Of a stretch of 64,000 nucleotides of DNA, positions 41,411 through 50,486 are shown one piece after another (the first letter of the stretch is position 1; every line of letters starts with the position of its first letter). The stretch is from an uncultured Sphingomonadaceae bacterium (GTDB lineage: Bacteria > Pseudomonadota > Alphaproteobacteria > Sphingomonadales > Sphingomonadaceae). The stretch spans positions 4,134-68,133 of the forward strand of contig CAJXSN010000013.1 in assembly GCA_913060895.1 (NCBI GenBank), written 5' to 3'. Made by a program: the position numbers and the translations under genes. The notes beneath the pieces are model-generated. The model made no database searches. It saw only the letters and a list, made by a program, of their open reading frames with translations, and was not told where the DNA came from.

Positions 41411-41426
41411 ATAAGGTAAGAGAAAA

Positions 41427-41684
41427 ATGGCACTGCACTTCGAACTCGTCACCCCGGCCAAGCAGGTCCGCTCCGAAGACGTCCACATGGTGGTCGTCCC
41501 TGGTGCGGAAGGCGATTTCGGCGTGCTGGAAGGCCATGCGCCCTTCATGTCCGTGATTCGCGACGGTTCGGTACAGGTCTACAAAACCGAAGGCAGCGCC
41601 CCGGAAGAGATTGAAGTGCGCGGTGGCTTTGCCGAAGTCGGCGATGCGGGCTTGGTGCTTCTCGCCGAGCACGTGGAAGAATAA
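41427..41684 (+). CDS. atpC: F1 ATP synthase subunit epsilon, short form (85 aa, beta-sandwich only)
   Basis: The sequence [14 protein letters not shown]...[21 protein letters not shown] is typical of the epsilon N-domain. The ORF ends where the C-terminal helical hairpin would normally begin. Confidence 0.85.
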   Translation: MALHFELVTPAKQVRSEDVHMVVVPGAEGDFGVLEGHAPFMSVIRDGSVQVYKTEGSAPEEIEVRGGFAEVGDAGLVLLAEHVEE

Positions 41685-41702
41685 TCTATCCCCGCCATCC
41701 TT

Positions 41703-41729
41703 CCGTGCCTGACAACATTGCAGGCACGG
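41703..41729. terminator. Hairpin between convergent atpC and glmU
   Basis: CCGTGCCTG (41703-41711) and CAGGCACGG (41721-41729) form a 9-bp perfect stem with a 9-nt loop. There is no clear U-tract on either strand. Confidence 0.45.
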
Positions 41730-41748
41730 CCTATAACGGCGACACGAA

Positions 41749-43110
41749 CTATTTCTTGTTCGCCGCCGCTGCTTTTTTCCGCTTCATCGCATCATGGAAC
41801 CGGTCTGCCCATCCCGGTTTGACCGACTGCTCCGCGCGTTCCATCCGCAATTCACCTGCGCCAACATCGCGGGTTACTGTGCTGCCGGCCGCGACAATCG
41901 CGTCGGCGCCGATGGTGACCGGTGCTACCAGTGCGCTGTTCGAACCGATAAAGGCGCGCTCTGCGATAACGGTCTGATATTTGAAATAACCGTCGTAATT
42001 GCAGGTGATTGTGCCCGCGCCGATATTTGCTCCCGCGCCGACTTCCGCATCACCCAGATAGGTCAGGTGGTTGGCCTTCGCGCCTTCGCCCAGAACAGCC
42101 TTCTTCATCTCCACAAAATTGCCGATCTTCGCGCCTTTCTTCAGCACTGCGCCGGGGCGCAAGCGAGCATAGGGGCCGACTTCGCAGCTTTCCTCCAAGG
42201 TCGCGCCCTCCAAATGGCTGAAGGCGCGAATGGTGCAACCATCCGCTACGGAAACGCCAGGGCCGAACACCACATTCGGCTCCACCAAAACATCACGGCC
42301 CAACTCAGTATCGTAGCTGAAGAACACGGTCTCGGGTGCCTTGAGCGTAACACCCTCTGCCATTGCGTCCTCGCGGCGTAGCTCCTGCCACTGGGCCTCT
42401 GCCCGGGCGAGTTCACCGCGGCTGTTGATGCCCTGCACTTCGTCCGGCGCATCGGTGGTCACAGCGGCGCAGGTCCGTCCGTCGGCCAGCGCAATATTGA
42501 CGATATCGGGCAAGTAATATTCGCCTTGAGCATTGTCATTACCAACCCGGTCGAGCAGCGCGAACAGATCGTCCGCCCTGGCAGCCATCAGGCCTGAATT
42601 GCATAAGGTGCAGGCGCGCTCCACGTCATCTGCATCCTTATATTCGACCATTTTGGAGATGCGCCCTTCGCCATCGGTCAGTACGCGGCCATAGGCGCCT
42701 GCATCCTCCGGCTCGAAGCCCAGAACCACGGCGGCAGGCGCATCGCCCTGCTCCAGCCGGTCGAGCATCGCCTGCATCGTTTCAGGGCGCACAAACGGGA
42801 CATCGCCGTACATGACCAGCACTGCGCCGGAGAACCCCGACAAGGCCTCCCGCGCCTGCTGCACTGCATGGCCCGTGCCGTGCTGCGGCTCCTGCAAGCA
42901 AGTCTTTGCACTATCACCCAGCGCCGTCTCCAGCTGTTCACGCCCTGCACCTACCACCACGACCTTGTGGGCGGGCGACAGGGCATCGACGCTGGCCATC
43001 AAGTGATGGAGCATGGAACGTCCGGCAATAGGGTGCAGCACCTTGTGCAGGTCGCTTTTCATTCGGGTGCCCTTGCCCGCGGCAAGGATGACGGCGGCGA
43101 ATTCGGTCAT
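41749..43110 (-). CDS. glmU: Bifunctional UDP-N-acetylglucosamine pyrophosphorylase / GlcN-1-P acetyltransferase
   Basis: It has the N-terminal LAAGKGTRMKS motif and a C-terminal left-handed beta-helix of hexapeptide repeats. Confidence 0.95.
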   Translation of the reverse strand: MTEFAAVILAAGKGTRMKSDLHKVLHPIAGRSMLHHLMASVDALSPAHKVVVVGAGREQLETALGDSAKTCLQEPQHGTGHAVQQAREALSGFSGAVLVMYGDVPFVRPETMQAMLDRLEQGDAPAAVVLGFEPEDAGAYGRVLTDGEGRISKMVEYKDADDVERACTLCNSGLMAARADDLFALLDRVGNDNAQGEYYLPDIVNIALADGRTCAAVTTDAPDEVQGINSRGELARAEAQWQELRREDAMAEGVTLKAPETVFFSYDTELGRDVLVEPNVVFGPGVSVADGCTIRAFSHLEGATLEESCEVGPYARLRPGAVLKKGAKIGNFVEMKKAVLGEGAKANHLTYLGDAEVGAGANIGAGTITCNYDGYFKYQTVIAERAFIGSNSALVAPVTIGADAIVAAGSTVTRDVGAGELRMERAEQSVKPGWADRFHDAMKRKKAAAANKK

Positions 43111-43184
43111 GGAGACTCCTGTTAGATTCCCCCTTTGCCACCCTTTCCTTGCGGTTTGAAGTCGCTTGCGTCACTTGCTGCGGC

Positions 43185-43865
43185 ATGAGTGATTTTCCAT
43201 TTTCCGCAATCGGCTTCGACCTTGATGGCACGCTGCTCGATACCTTCCGCGATCTTGGCGCTGCGGTGAACCATGCGCTGGAACTGGGCGGGTTCGACCC
43301 TGTGCCGGTAGGCAGCAGCAAGGATCTGATCGGCGGCGGGGCGAAGATCATGCTGGGCCGCGCCGTTGATGCGCAGGGCGGGATGGAACGCGATGAATTT
43401 CACGCGCTCTACAAAAAAATGCTGGCCTACTATGCCAGGAACAATGCGGTTCATACCGAACCTTACCCCGGCGTTCTTGAGGTGCTGGACCAACTCGCCG
43501 CGCGTAACGTGAAAATGGCGGTTGTGACCAATAAGTTCGAGGAGTTTGCCCGCTCGGTCCTCACCCAGCTGGGCATGGCCGATCGCTTCGTGACAATCAT
43601 AGGCGGAGACACGATGGGCAAAGGCAACGCCAAACCTGCGCCCGATCCTGTCATTGAAGCGCGCAAGCGATGTGCCCAAGCCGGAGCGGGCGGTTCCTTC
43701 GCCTTCGTCGGAGACAGCACATACGATGTCAACGCCGCCAAGGCCGCGGGTGTACCGGTGATTGCCGCCGCCTATGGCTATTGCGACAAACCGCCGCATG
43801 ATCTGGGCGCAGACGCGGTGATTGAACGATTCGATCAATTGTTACCCGCTCTTGAAGCATTGTAA
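43185..43865 (+). CDS. gph: HAD-family phosphoglycolate phosphatase
   Basis: HAD motif I is GFDLDGTLLDT, motif II is VVTNK and motif III/IV is FVGDSTYDVNAAKAAG. The start was set at ATG 43185. Confidence 0.85.
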   Translation: MSDFPFSAIGFDLDGTLLDTFRDLGAAVNHALELGGFDPVPVGSSKDLIGGGAKIMLGRAVDAQGGMERDEFHALYKKMLAYYARNNAVHTEPYPGVLEVLDQLAARNVKMAVVTNKFEEFARSVLTQLGMADRFVTIIGGDTMGKGNAKPAPDPVIEARKRCAQAGAGGSFAFVGDSTYDVNAAKAAGVPVIAAAYGYCDKPPHDLGADAVIERFDQLLPALEAL

Positions 43866-44024
43866 CAAGTACACAGCGCTCTGCCCCTACGGCACGGCGC
43901 ATCGTCTTCTCCCCTGTTGCAACACAGGATGGAACCTGCCACCCAACGCGGGATTGACGGGGACGTAAGCCCTGTTCCAATACTGTTCTCAGATCTTTTT
44001 AAACGACCAAACGGAGACACCCGC

Positions 44025-44954
44025 ATGACCATTTCATTCAAGGACAAAGTCGCCATCGTAACAGGTGCAGGCGGTGGCCTGGGCCGGGAATATGCCCTCG
44101 AACTGGCCCGCCGCGGCGCAAAAGTCGTCGTCAACGATCTGGGCGGATCGCGCGACGGCAAGGGGTCTTCCGATGCGGCTGCCGAAGTGGTTGCCGAAAT
44201 CGAGAAGATGGGCGGCGAAGCAATGGCCAATGGCGGCTCCGTCACGGAATATGACCAGATGGAAAAGATGGTCGCCGATGCGAAGCAGAAATGGGGCGGC
44301 GTCCATGTCCTGATCAACAATGCGGGGATCTTGCGCGACAAGAGCTTCGTCAAGATGACGCCCGATGATTTCGAACTGGTTGTGAAGGTCCACCTGACCG
44401 GCAGCGCATTCGCCACCAAGGCATGCTGGGAACTGATGCGCGAGCAGTCTTATGGCCGCATCCTGATGACCGCCAGCAGCACCGGCCTGTTCGGCAATTT
44501 CGGTCAGGCCAATTACGGCGCTGCCAAGCTGGGCCTCGCCGGTCTGACCAAGACGCTGCAGATCGAAGGCGCAAAGTACAACATCAAGGTCAACACGCTG
44601 TCGCCAGTTGCCGGCACGCGGATGACCGAAGATCTGTTCCCCGAAGAAGCGTTCAAGCTGTTCGCCCCTGAAAATGTCGCACCGGCGGCCGTTTTTCTGG
44701 TCAGCGAAGATGCCCCGTCCAACGCCATCGTCGGCGCTGGCGCTGGCGGCTTCCACTCCGCATGGGTCGTGATGAACGAAGCGACGTGGCTGCCGGAAGA
44801 CGAGCGCACGGTCGAAGGCTTCGCCGCGAACTGGGACAAGATCAATTCCCAGACCAACCTCAACGCCCCGCAATCAGGCTCCGAGCAGTCTGCTGCCATT
44901 CTGAAGGCGATGCAGGAAGTGACCGGTAGCGGACCCAGCAGCACGCGCGGGTAA
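44025..44954 (+). CDS. SDR-family oxidoreductase (MFE-2-type 3-hydroxyacyl-CoA dehydrogenase-like)
   Basis: It has a cofactor motif (TGAGGGLG) and a catalytic YxxxK (NYGAAKLG). ATG 44025 is preceded by ACGGAGA. Confidence 0.85.
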   Translation: MTISFKDKVAIVTGAGGGLGREYALELARRGAKVVVNDLGGSRDGKGSSDAAAEVVAEIEKMGGEAMANGGSVTEYDQMEKMVADAKQKWGGVHVLINNAGILRDKSFVKMTPDDFELVVKVHLTGSAFATKACWELMREQSYGRILMTASSTGLFGNFGQANYGAAKLGLAGLTKTLQIEGAKYNIKVNTLSPVAGTRMTEDLFPEEAFKLFAPENVAPAAVFLVSEDAPSNAIVGAGAGGFHSAWVVMNEATWLPEDERTVEGFAANWDKINSQTNLNAPQSGSEQSAAILKAMQEVTGSGPSSTRG

Positions 44955-45001
44955 TATCCGGCACTGATACTGTCAGCAGCTGTGTTGACACGCTAACACA
45001 C

Positions 45002-45038
45002 AAGGCCCATTTCTCTTTCAAACGGAGAGATGGGCCTT
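45002..45038 (+). promoter_or_regulatory. 15-bp hairpin that contains the SD of the downstream gene
   Basis: AAGGCCCATTTCTCT (45002-45016) pairs with GGAGAGATGGGCCTT (45024-45038), giving 13 Watson-Crick and 2 G-U pairs with a 7-nt loop. The 3' arm carries GGAGAG, and the ATG is at 45040. Confidence 0.45.
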
Positions 45039-45039
45039 C

Positions 45040-46188
45040 ATGTATTCGCAGGACGAGATCAATTCGGCAGTTGCTGCCGGTGTACTGACACAGGATGCAG
45101 CGGACGCCCTGCGCGCGCACACCGCGCAAATACGCGAGCGACCTGTGACGGACGAAGAGCATTTCCGTCTGGTCAACAGCTTCAACGATGTCTTTGTTAC
45201 TATCGGGATTGTCATCCTGCTGATCGCCGCGGGCGCCATCGGGCAGGCGATCGGCGGGGCTTTTGTATCCGTGCCCGAATGGCCCATATCCGACACATCA
45301 ACGGACGAAATCAACCGCATCATGTCCATGCGGGAAACGGCAGAAGCGCTGAAAATGGCAATCGCAGCGCTTCTGGTTACCGCGGTAAGTTGGCCTCTAG
45401 CAGAATTCTTCACCGGTAAGCGGCGTATGGCGCTACCCAGCATTATTCTTCTGGTGGCATTCGTCGGCGGAGTGTTCGCCAGTGCAGTCGGGATAGGGCG
45501 GCTGATCGCCGGATTTGAAAATACTGTCGTGGGCGCTATTCTCATTCTCGCTAGCGGCATATTAGCAATGCTAGCAGCGTGGTTTCATTGGCGCAGGTTC
45601 AAGGTTCCTATAACCGTAGCGGCTGGAGCCGCCGCAGCAGCAGCCAGTTTTTTGGCGTTTGTCGGGTCTCTTGTGGAAGTCACGGTAGGGACTGACCCCG
45701 GTGATTGGTTGCTTCCATTTATCTTTGTTGCAGGTGTGGCCATATTCGCCTTTGCCATGCGTTGGGACACAAGCGATCCAACCCGCGAGACACGCCGTTC
45801 AGATGTGGCGTTCTGGCTTCACCTGCTGGCCGCGCCGATGATTGCGCACCCTATATTCTACGCCACTGGTGTAATGGACAATTCAAGCGATGTTAGTGTG
45901 ATAGGCGCACTGGCTGTGCTGGCAATCTATATCCTATTCGGATTTGTGGCACTGGCCATCGACCGTCGTGCGCTGCTCGTCTCCGCTCTTGCCTATGTTC
46001 TGGTTGCTCTCGCGTTCCTGTTCGATACGTTTGGCGCTGTAGAATTGACCTTCGCCCTCACCGCATTGGTCATCGGATCGGCGTTGTTGACACTGTCTGC
46101 CTATTGGAGCCCCGTCCGAAGGAAAATAGTAAGTGGTTTGCCTGAAGGACTGCAAGCCAAGCTCCCAGCTAGTGCAGTCGTAGCTTAA
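45040..46188 (+). CDS. Polytopic membrane protein of unknown function
   Basis: A roughly 45-aa soluble N-terminus is followed by about 9-10 hydrophobic helices. The sequence is visibly more A/T-rich than its flanks. No family could be assigned. Confidence 0.6.
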   Translation: MYSQDEINSAVAAGVLTQDAADALRAHTAQIRERPVTDEEHFRLVNSFNDVFVTIGIVILLIAAGAIGQAIGGAFVSVPEWPISDTSTDEINRIMSMRETAEALKMAIAALLVTAVSWPLAEFFTGKRRMALPSIILLVAFVGGVFASAVGIGRLIAGFENTVVGAILILASGILAMLAAWFHWRRFKVPITVAAGAAAAAASFLAFVGSLVEVTVGTDPGDWLLPFIFVAGVAIFAFAMRWDTSDPTRETRRSDVAFWLHLLAAPMIAHPIFYATGVMDNSSDVSVIGALAVLAIYILFGFVALAIDRRALLVSALAYVLVALAFLFDTFGAVELTFALTALVIGSALLTLSAYWSPVRRKIVSGLPEGLQAKLPASAVVA

Positions 46189-46550
46189 CCGTCCACTGCC
46201 TTTACCAGACGCCGCTCCATCGGGGCCAACACTCCGGGCAATTCATGCCCACGTTTCAGCACTTGCCCGTGCTCCCCGAAAAGCGTCCACATTCCTTGCC
46301 GCCCGCGCAGCGAGGGGGACTTTTCCACCCGCACTTGCGGACGTTCGGCAGCGCGTCGGAAGGCGGCAAACACCGCAGCATCTTTCGTGAATTCCATTGC
46401 GTAGTCGCGCCATTCGCCCGCTGCGACCATCCGCCCATACAGGTTCATGATGCGCTGCAATTCCTCGCGCGCGAAGCCTACTTGATCGGCACGGGTCTGA
46501 GGGAATGCAACCACAGAGCCAGACTGCGAACCGCCCGGGCTGGAAACCAT
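46185..46550 (-). CDS. DUF2794-family protein
   Basis: The sequence F.REELQRIMNLYGRMVAAGEWRDYAMEF.KDAAVFAAFRR matches the conserved core of alphaproteobacterial DUF2794. Its start overlaps the cysE stop (TGATG). Confidence 0.75.
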   Translation of the reverse strand: MVSSPGGSQSGSVVAFPQTRADQVGFAREELQRIMNLYGRMVAAGEWRDYAMEFTKDAAVFAAFRRAAERPQVRVEKSPSLRGRQGMWTLFGEHGQVLKRGHELPGVLAPMERRLVKAVDG

Positions 46551-47305
46551 CAGTCGATTGTTCCGCTGCGCAATTTCTCATCCCGGGATAGATCACCCGT
46601 ATTGCCGGGCTGCCGGGCTGTTTTCAGCGCGTCCAGCTCTGCTTTCAGCTCATCGAGATTGGCCTCCAGCGCCTGAACCCGGAGCGCACCCTCGGCCACT
46701 TTTTCCCCGAGCTGTTCCCCAAACTGTTCAGAGCATGGATCATCACAAGGCGTACCGTAAGGCAGGAATTCCCGCAGCCACTCTTCCGCCGGAACCAGTG
46801 TGCTGCGTGCTTTCAAACCGATCATGGTGGCGCCCTCCGGCACTTCGTCCGTCACGACGGCATTGGCGCCGATCCGCGCCCGTCGCCCCACGGTGATAGG
46901 GCCTATCACCTGCGCACCCGAGCCGATGATTACACTGTCGCAGATGGTCGGGTGCCGCTTGCCCCCCTTGCCATTGGTCGGATTGGTCCCGCCCAAGGTA
47001 ACGCATTGGTAAATGGTAACATCGTCGCCAATGACGGCGGTTTCGCCGATGACTGTAAACCCGTGATCAATAAAGAAATTCTTGCCGATTTTTGCACCCG
47101 GATGAATGTCAATCGCGGTCAAAAAGCGTGAAAAATGGTTCACCAGCCGTGCGAGGAAATAGAGCTTCGCCTCGAACAGCCAGTGCGCAACACGGTGCAG
47201 ACCCAAGGCCAACACACCCGGATACAGCAGAATTTCCCAGCGCGAGCGAGGTGCCGGATCGCGGTCGCGAACGGAATTGAGATAGGATGTCAGACTTTTC
47301 AGCAT
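46550..47305 (-). CDS. cysE: Serine O-acetyltransferase with a C-terminal coiled-coil extension
   Basis: It has DIHPGAKIGKNFFIDHG and hexapeptide repeats. An extra tail of about 70 aa (LRVQALEANLDELKAELDALK) follows. Confidence 0.85.
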   Translation of the reverse strand: MLKSLTSYLNSVRDRDPAPRSRWEILLYPGVLALGLHRVAHWLFEAKLYFLARLVNHFSRFLTAIDIHPGAKIGKNFFIDHGFTVIGETAVIGDDVTIYQCVTLGGTNPTNGKGGKRHPTICDSVIIGSGAQVIGPITVGRRARIGANAVVTDEVPEGATMIGLKARSTLVPAEEWLREFLPYGTPCDDPCSEQFGEQLGEKVAEGALRVQALEANLDELKAELDALKTARQPGNTGDLSRDEKLRSGTID

Positions 47306-47357
47306 GGGAACCTCATCTCGTCAAATCTCCCACTTTTGCCGCAGATGCGCAAGGCTA

Positions 47358-47987
47358 TCACAGCAACCGGGCCTGCTCCGGCCCCTGCACGGCGTCCAGC
47401 GCATCGCGCCAGATACCCATAGTCGGCGCAGCCTTTCGCTCCAGGCTGAGCCGGTCGATTGTCGCTACCACCCGCTCTATCTCGGCAAAACTGCGGGTGA
47501 TGCGCGGCAACAGATAGGTAAGCGCGCCCTCGCCCAGTGCAAGGCCGCGCAGTTCCGCGTGGATTTCGATGAGATCGGCCAGCATCGCATCATCGGGCTG
47601 ACCGATTTGAAGATGCAGGGCCGCGCCCAGTCGGGAGCGCAAGTCGGGCAGCGTAATTTCCCATCCTGCCCCGTCGCTGTCACTAGCAATCAGCAGCAAG
47701 GTCTCGCCTGTTTCCTGCGCCCTGTTCCAACGATGGAACAGGTCGGTTTCGTTCCAGCGATCCGCATTGTCGATCACCGCGCCATTGCACTGTTCATCGA
47801 ACCAGCGGCCCAGCAGCGATTTGCCCGAGCGCGCGGAACCGGTCAGCATCGCTGTGCCAAACGGCCAGCCGGACGGGTCAGCCAGCGCCTCTGCCGCACG
47901 CTGGTTGGCTGCGCCTATTGCGATTCGTGCGGGAGTCCCTGCCTTTTGCAAGGTTAGCGGGAGAGCGATTTGCGAAGGAGCGGCCAC
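47358..47987 (-). CDS. hdaA: DnaA-related regulatory inactivator HdaA
   Basis: The N-terminal QIALPL motif is a clamp-binding-like sequence. It has a degenerate AAA+ P-loop (GSARSGKS) and typical size and position near purM. Confidence 0.8.
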   Translation of the reverse strand: MAAPSQIALPLTLQKAGTPARIAIGAANQRAAEALADPSGWPFGTAMLTGSARSGKSLLGRWFDEQCNGAVIDNADRWNETDLFHRWNRAQETGETLLLIASDSDGAGWEITLPDLRSRLGAALHLQIGQPDDAMLADLIEIHAELRGLALGEGALTYLLPRITRSFAEIERVVATIDRLSLERKAAPTMGIWRDALDAVQGPEQARLL

Positions 47988-48004
47988 GGACAGTGCTGCG
48001 CTAC

Positions 48005-49297
48005 CTAGCGCCGTATGGAGAGTGCGTTGCTTCCCTGCGTCACTGCGAAGCCGCGGCCCGCCAGCGCCTGCGCCAGTTCAGGCAAGGAGCCGCCATAGCT
48101 CACACTCATCACCGAAGTGCCGCCAATAGCAAGCGACGAGGTCGACGCCCCGCGCACACCGGGCGTGGCCCGCACAGCGGCCAAAGTAGAATTTATCGTT
48201 CCGGCATCGGGAGTGGCAAACTGGACGACATAAGAGGAGACGACAGCCGGTGTAGCGGACGAATTGGCGTTTGCCTGCGCTTCCGATGTCTCCGCGAGAT
48301 TGGCTGCATCGCGCGCAGCTTGTTCTGCGCGGCGTTCTGCGGCCGCAGCTGCCTCCACGCGGCGGCCTGCATCGATCAGGCGTTGGATCGCCGGATCGAT
48401 CGTGCCACCGGTACGGTTGAGCGAGGGGTCGGGCTTCAGCCTGCCGTCGGCCAGTGCCTGCTCGTAAATCGCATCAAAACGCTCGATCGCCTTGCTGTAC
48501 ATGGCGGGGATCTGGCGCGGATTGCCGACGCGCAAAGAAAAACCATCGAGATAGGTGTTGTCCGGGCCATAGCGGGCAATGAACCGTGCCCGCACGGGGC
48601 CCCCGGGATATTCATGCTCCAGTTGGGCAATCGCAACGATAACGTCGGATGCTCCGAACTGGTTAAGGATATTGCGCCACCATGCACGACTGCGGCGATT
48701 AATCTGGCCCGCTGTAACCAGCAGAGAATCGCTGCCTGCGCCGGAGGGTCTGACATAATCGATCCTGCTTGATCCCGCCTGATATTCTGCCCAGGCCCGC
48801 TGCCACGGATTGCGCTGTTCATAGACAAGCTGGGAACCGCCGCTGACAGTTACCGGCACCAGCAGCAGAGGCGCAGAACGAGCACGCTGGCCACCGCGTC
48901 CGAGGAAGCCGCCGGCGCGCGCCCGGTCGAATATTACGCCCAGTGTCGCAACATAACGGCGTGGGCCGACCCGCTCCCGCTCGATAACCACAGCCGAGAC
49001 CAGCGATTGCAGCTGTCCGTCGGAAATAGCCGGACCGCCGATCTTTTTCCACGCCTGCCGCTGCGCATCGCGCCAGCCCTTGCTTCGCGCATCCTCCGGA
49101 TCGCTGCCACTGACATCGACTTCGATACCGCCCACATCGATATCGGAGCTGGCGACAACGGCGGAAATGCCCCGATCACCTTCCACCTGTGCGCCCGCCA
49201 TGCGATCACCCGCAAGCAACGCAAGCAGCACTGCACCGCCCATAGCGGCAAAAGCTAGTGTCACTCGGACAGGGGAAAGGGACAATTGCCGTATCAT
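48005..49297 (-). CDS. Conserved exported protein of unknown function (between hdaA and purM)
   Basis: It has a signal/TM segment (VTLAFAAMGGAVLLALLAG), a large unassigned domain, an Ala/Glu/Arg linker and a C-terminal region of about 70 aa that looks ferredoxin-like. The start was set at ATG 49297. Confidence 0.6.
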   Translation of the reverse strand: MIRQLSLSPVRVTLAFAAMGGAVLLALLAGDRMAGAQVEGDRGISAVVASSDIDVGGIEVDVSGSDPEDARSKGWRDAQRQAWKKIGGPAISDGQLQSLVSAVVIERERVGPRRYVATLGVIFDRARAGGFLGRGGQRARSAPLLLVPVTVSGGSQLVYEQRNPWQRAWAEYQAGSSRIDYVRPSGAGSDSLLVTAGQINRRSRAWWRNILNQFGASDVIVAIAQLEHEYPGGPVRARFIARYGPDNTYLDGFSLRVGNPRQIPAMYSKAIERFDAIYEQALADGRLKPDPSLNRTGGTIDPAIQRLIDAGRRVEAAAAAERRAEQAARDAANLAETSEAQANANSSATPAVVSSYVVQFATPDAGTINSTLAAVRATPGVRGASTSSLAIGGTSVMSVSYGGSLPELAQALAGRGFAVTQGSNALSIRR

Positions 49298-49367
49298 CGG
49301 GGAAAACCGTGTGCCTTTTGCCCAAAGCCCCGTGTGATTCCAAGCGCGAATGCGTAAAGCCGTGCAT

Positions 49368-50486
49368 ATGACCGTGGAAGAAACAGACAATAACGACAAA
49401 AAGGGCGGCTATACCTACGCCGAGGCAGGCGTATCGATAGCGGCCGGTAACGCCTTGGTGAAGGCCATCGGCCCGCTGGTGAAAGCCACTGCGCGCCCTG
49501 GGGCCGACGCCGATATCGGCGGATTCGGGGGCTTTTTCGACCCCAAAGCTGCTGGTTTCAAGGACCCGCTGCTTGTTGCCGCGAATGATGGGGTGGGCAC
49601 CAAGCTGAAACTGGCAATCGACCACAACCAGCATGAAGGCGTCGGCGCCGATCTGGTGGCGATGTGCGTTAATGATCTGATCGTTCAGGGCGCAGAGCCG
49701 CTGTTCTTTCTCGATTACTTCGCCACCGGCAAACTGGAGAATGGGGTGGCGGAGCGCGTGGTCGCCAGCATTTCGGGCGGTTGCAAGGAGGCGGGCTGCG
49801 CTCTGATCGGGGGGGAAACCGCTGAAATGCCAGGCATGTACGGCCCGGGCGATTACGATCTGGCCGGTTTCTGCGTCGGCGCTGTGGAGCGCGGCGAGCA
49901 ACTGATGGGCGAGAAGGTCGCGCCCGGCCATATCCTGCTCGGCCTTGCGTCGTCTGGCGTCCATTCAAACGGCTTCTCGCTCGTGAGACGGCTGGCTGCC
50001 GACAAGGGCTGGAAACTGGGGCGCCCCGCCGTGTTCGACAGTGATGTGCTCCTGATCGATGCGCTGTTGGCGCCGACACGGATCTACGTCGCCAGCCTGC
50101 TGCCCGCCATTCGTGCGGGCGAGATCGATGCTCTGGCGCATATTACCGGCGGCGGCCTGCTGGAAAATATTCCTCGTGTGCTGCCCGAGGGCGCTCATGC
50201 GGTGGTGGATGCAGATGGATGGGACCAACCGCGCCTGATGGCGTTCCTGCAGGCGCAGGGGCAGATAGAGCCGGAAGAAATGGCCCGTACCTTCAATTGC
50301 GGCATTGGCATGGTGCTGGCGGTAACGCCCGGCAATGTTGAGGCGGTGACGCATCGGCTAGAGCAAGCCGGCGAAACTGTACTGAGGGTTGGCGAAGTGA
50401 TTGCTGGCAAAACCGGCTGCACCGTGCGCGGGTCGCAAGGGACGTGGTCCGCTACTGCCGCATGGGAAGCGACCCACCTTGGCTGA
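49368..50486 (+). CDS. purM: Phosphoribosylformylglycinamidine cyclo-ligase
   Basis: It contains [12 protein letters not shown]..., DGVGTKL and typical AIR synthase domains. The start is at 49350 or 49368. Confidence 0.95.
   Translation: MTVEETDNNDKKGGYTYAEAGVSIAAGNALVKAIGPLVKATARPGADADIGGFGGFFDPKAAGFKDPLLVAANDGVGTKLKLAIDHNQHEGVGADLVAMCVNDLIVQGAEPLFFLDYFATGKLENGVAERVVASISGGCKEAGCALIGGETAEMPGMYGPGDYDLAGFCVGAVERGEQLMGEKVAPGHILLGLASSGVHSNGFSLVRRLAADKGWKLGRPAVFDSDVLLIDALLAPTRIYVASLLPAIRAGEIDALAHITGGGLLENIPRVLPEGAHAVVDADGWDQPRLMAFLQAQGQIEPEEMARTFNCGIGMVLAVTPGNVEAVTHRLEQAGETVLRVGEVIAGKTGCTVRGSQGTWSATAAWEATHLG

Noticed and set aside
41331-41414. A 27-aa ORF (MGPKGLAPLRLASKLVSLTAPSDSRKG) lies in the atpD-atpC spacer.
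   Set aside because: It has no SD, it coincides with the stem-loop arms, and its composition is unremarkable. RNA structure explains the sequence better.
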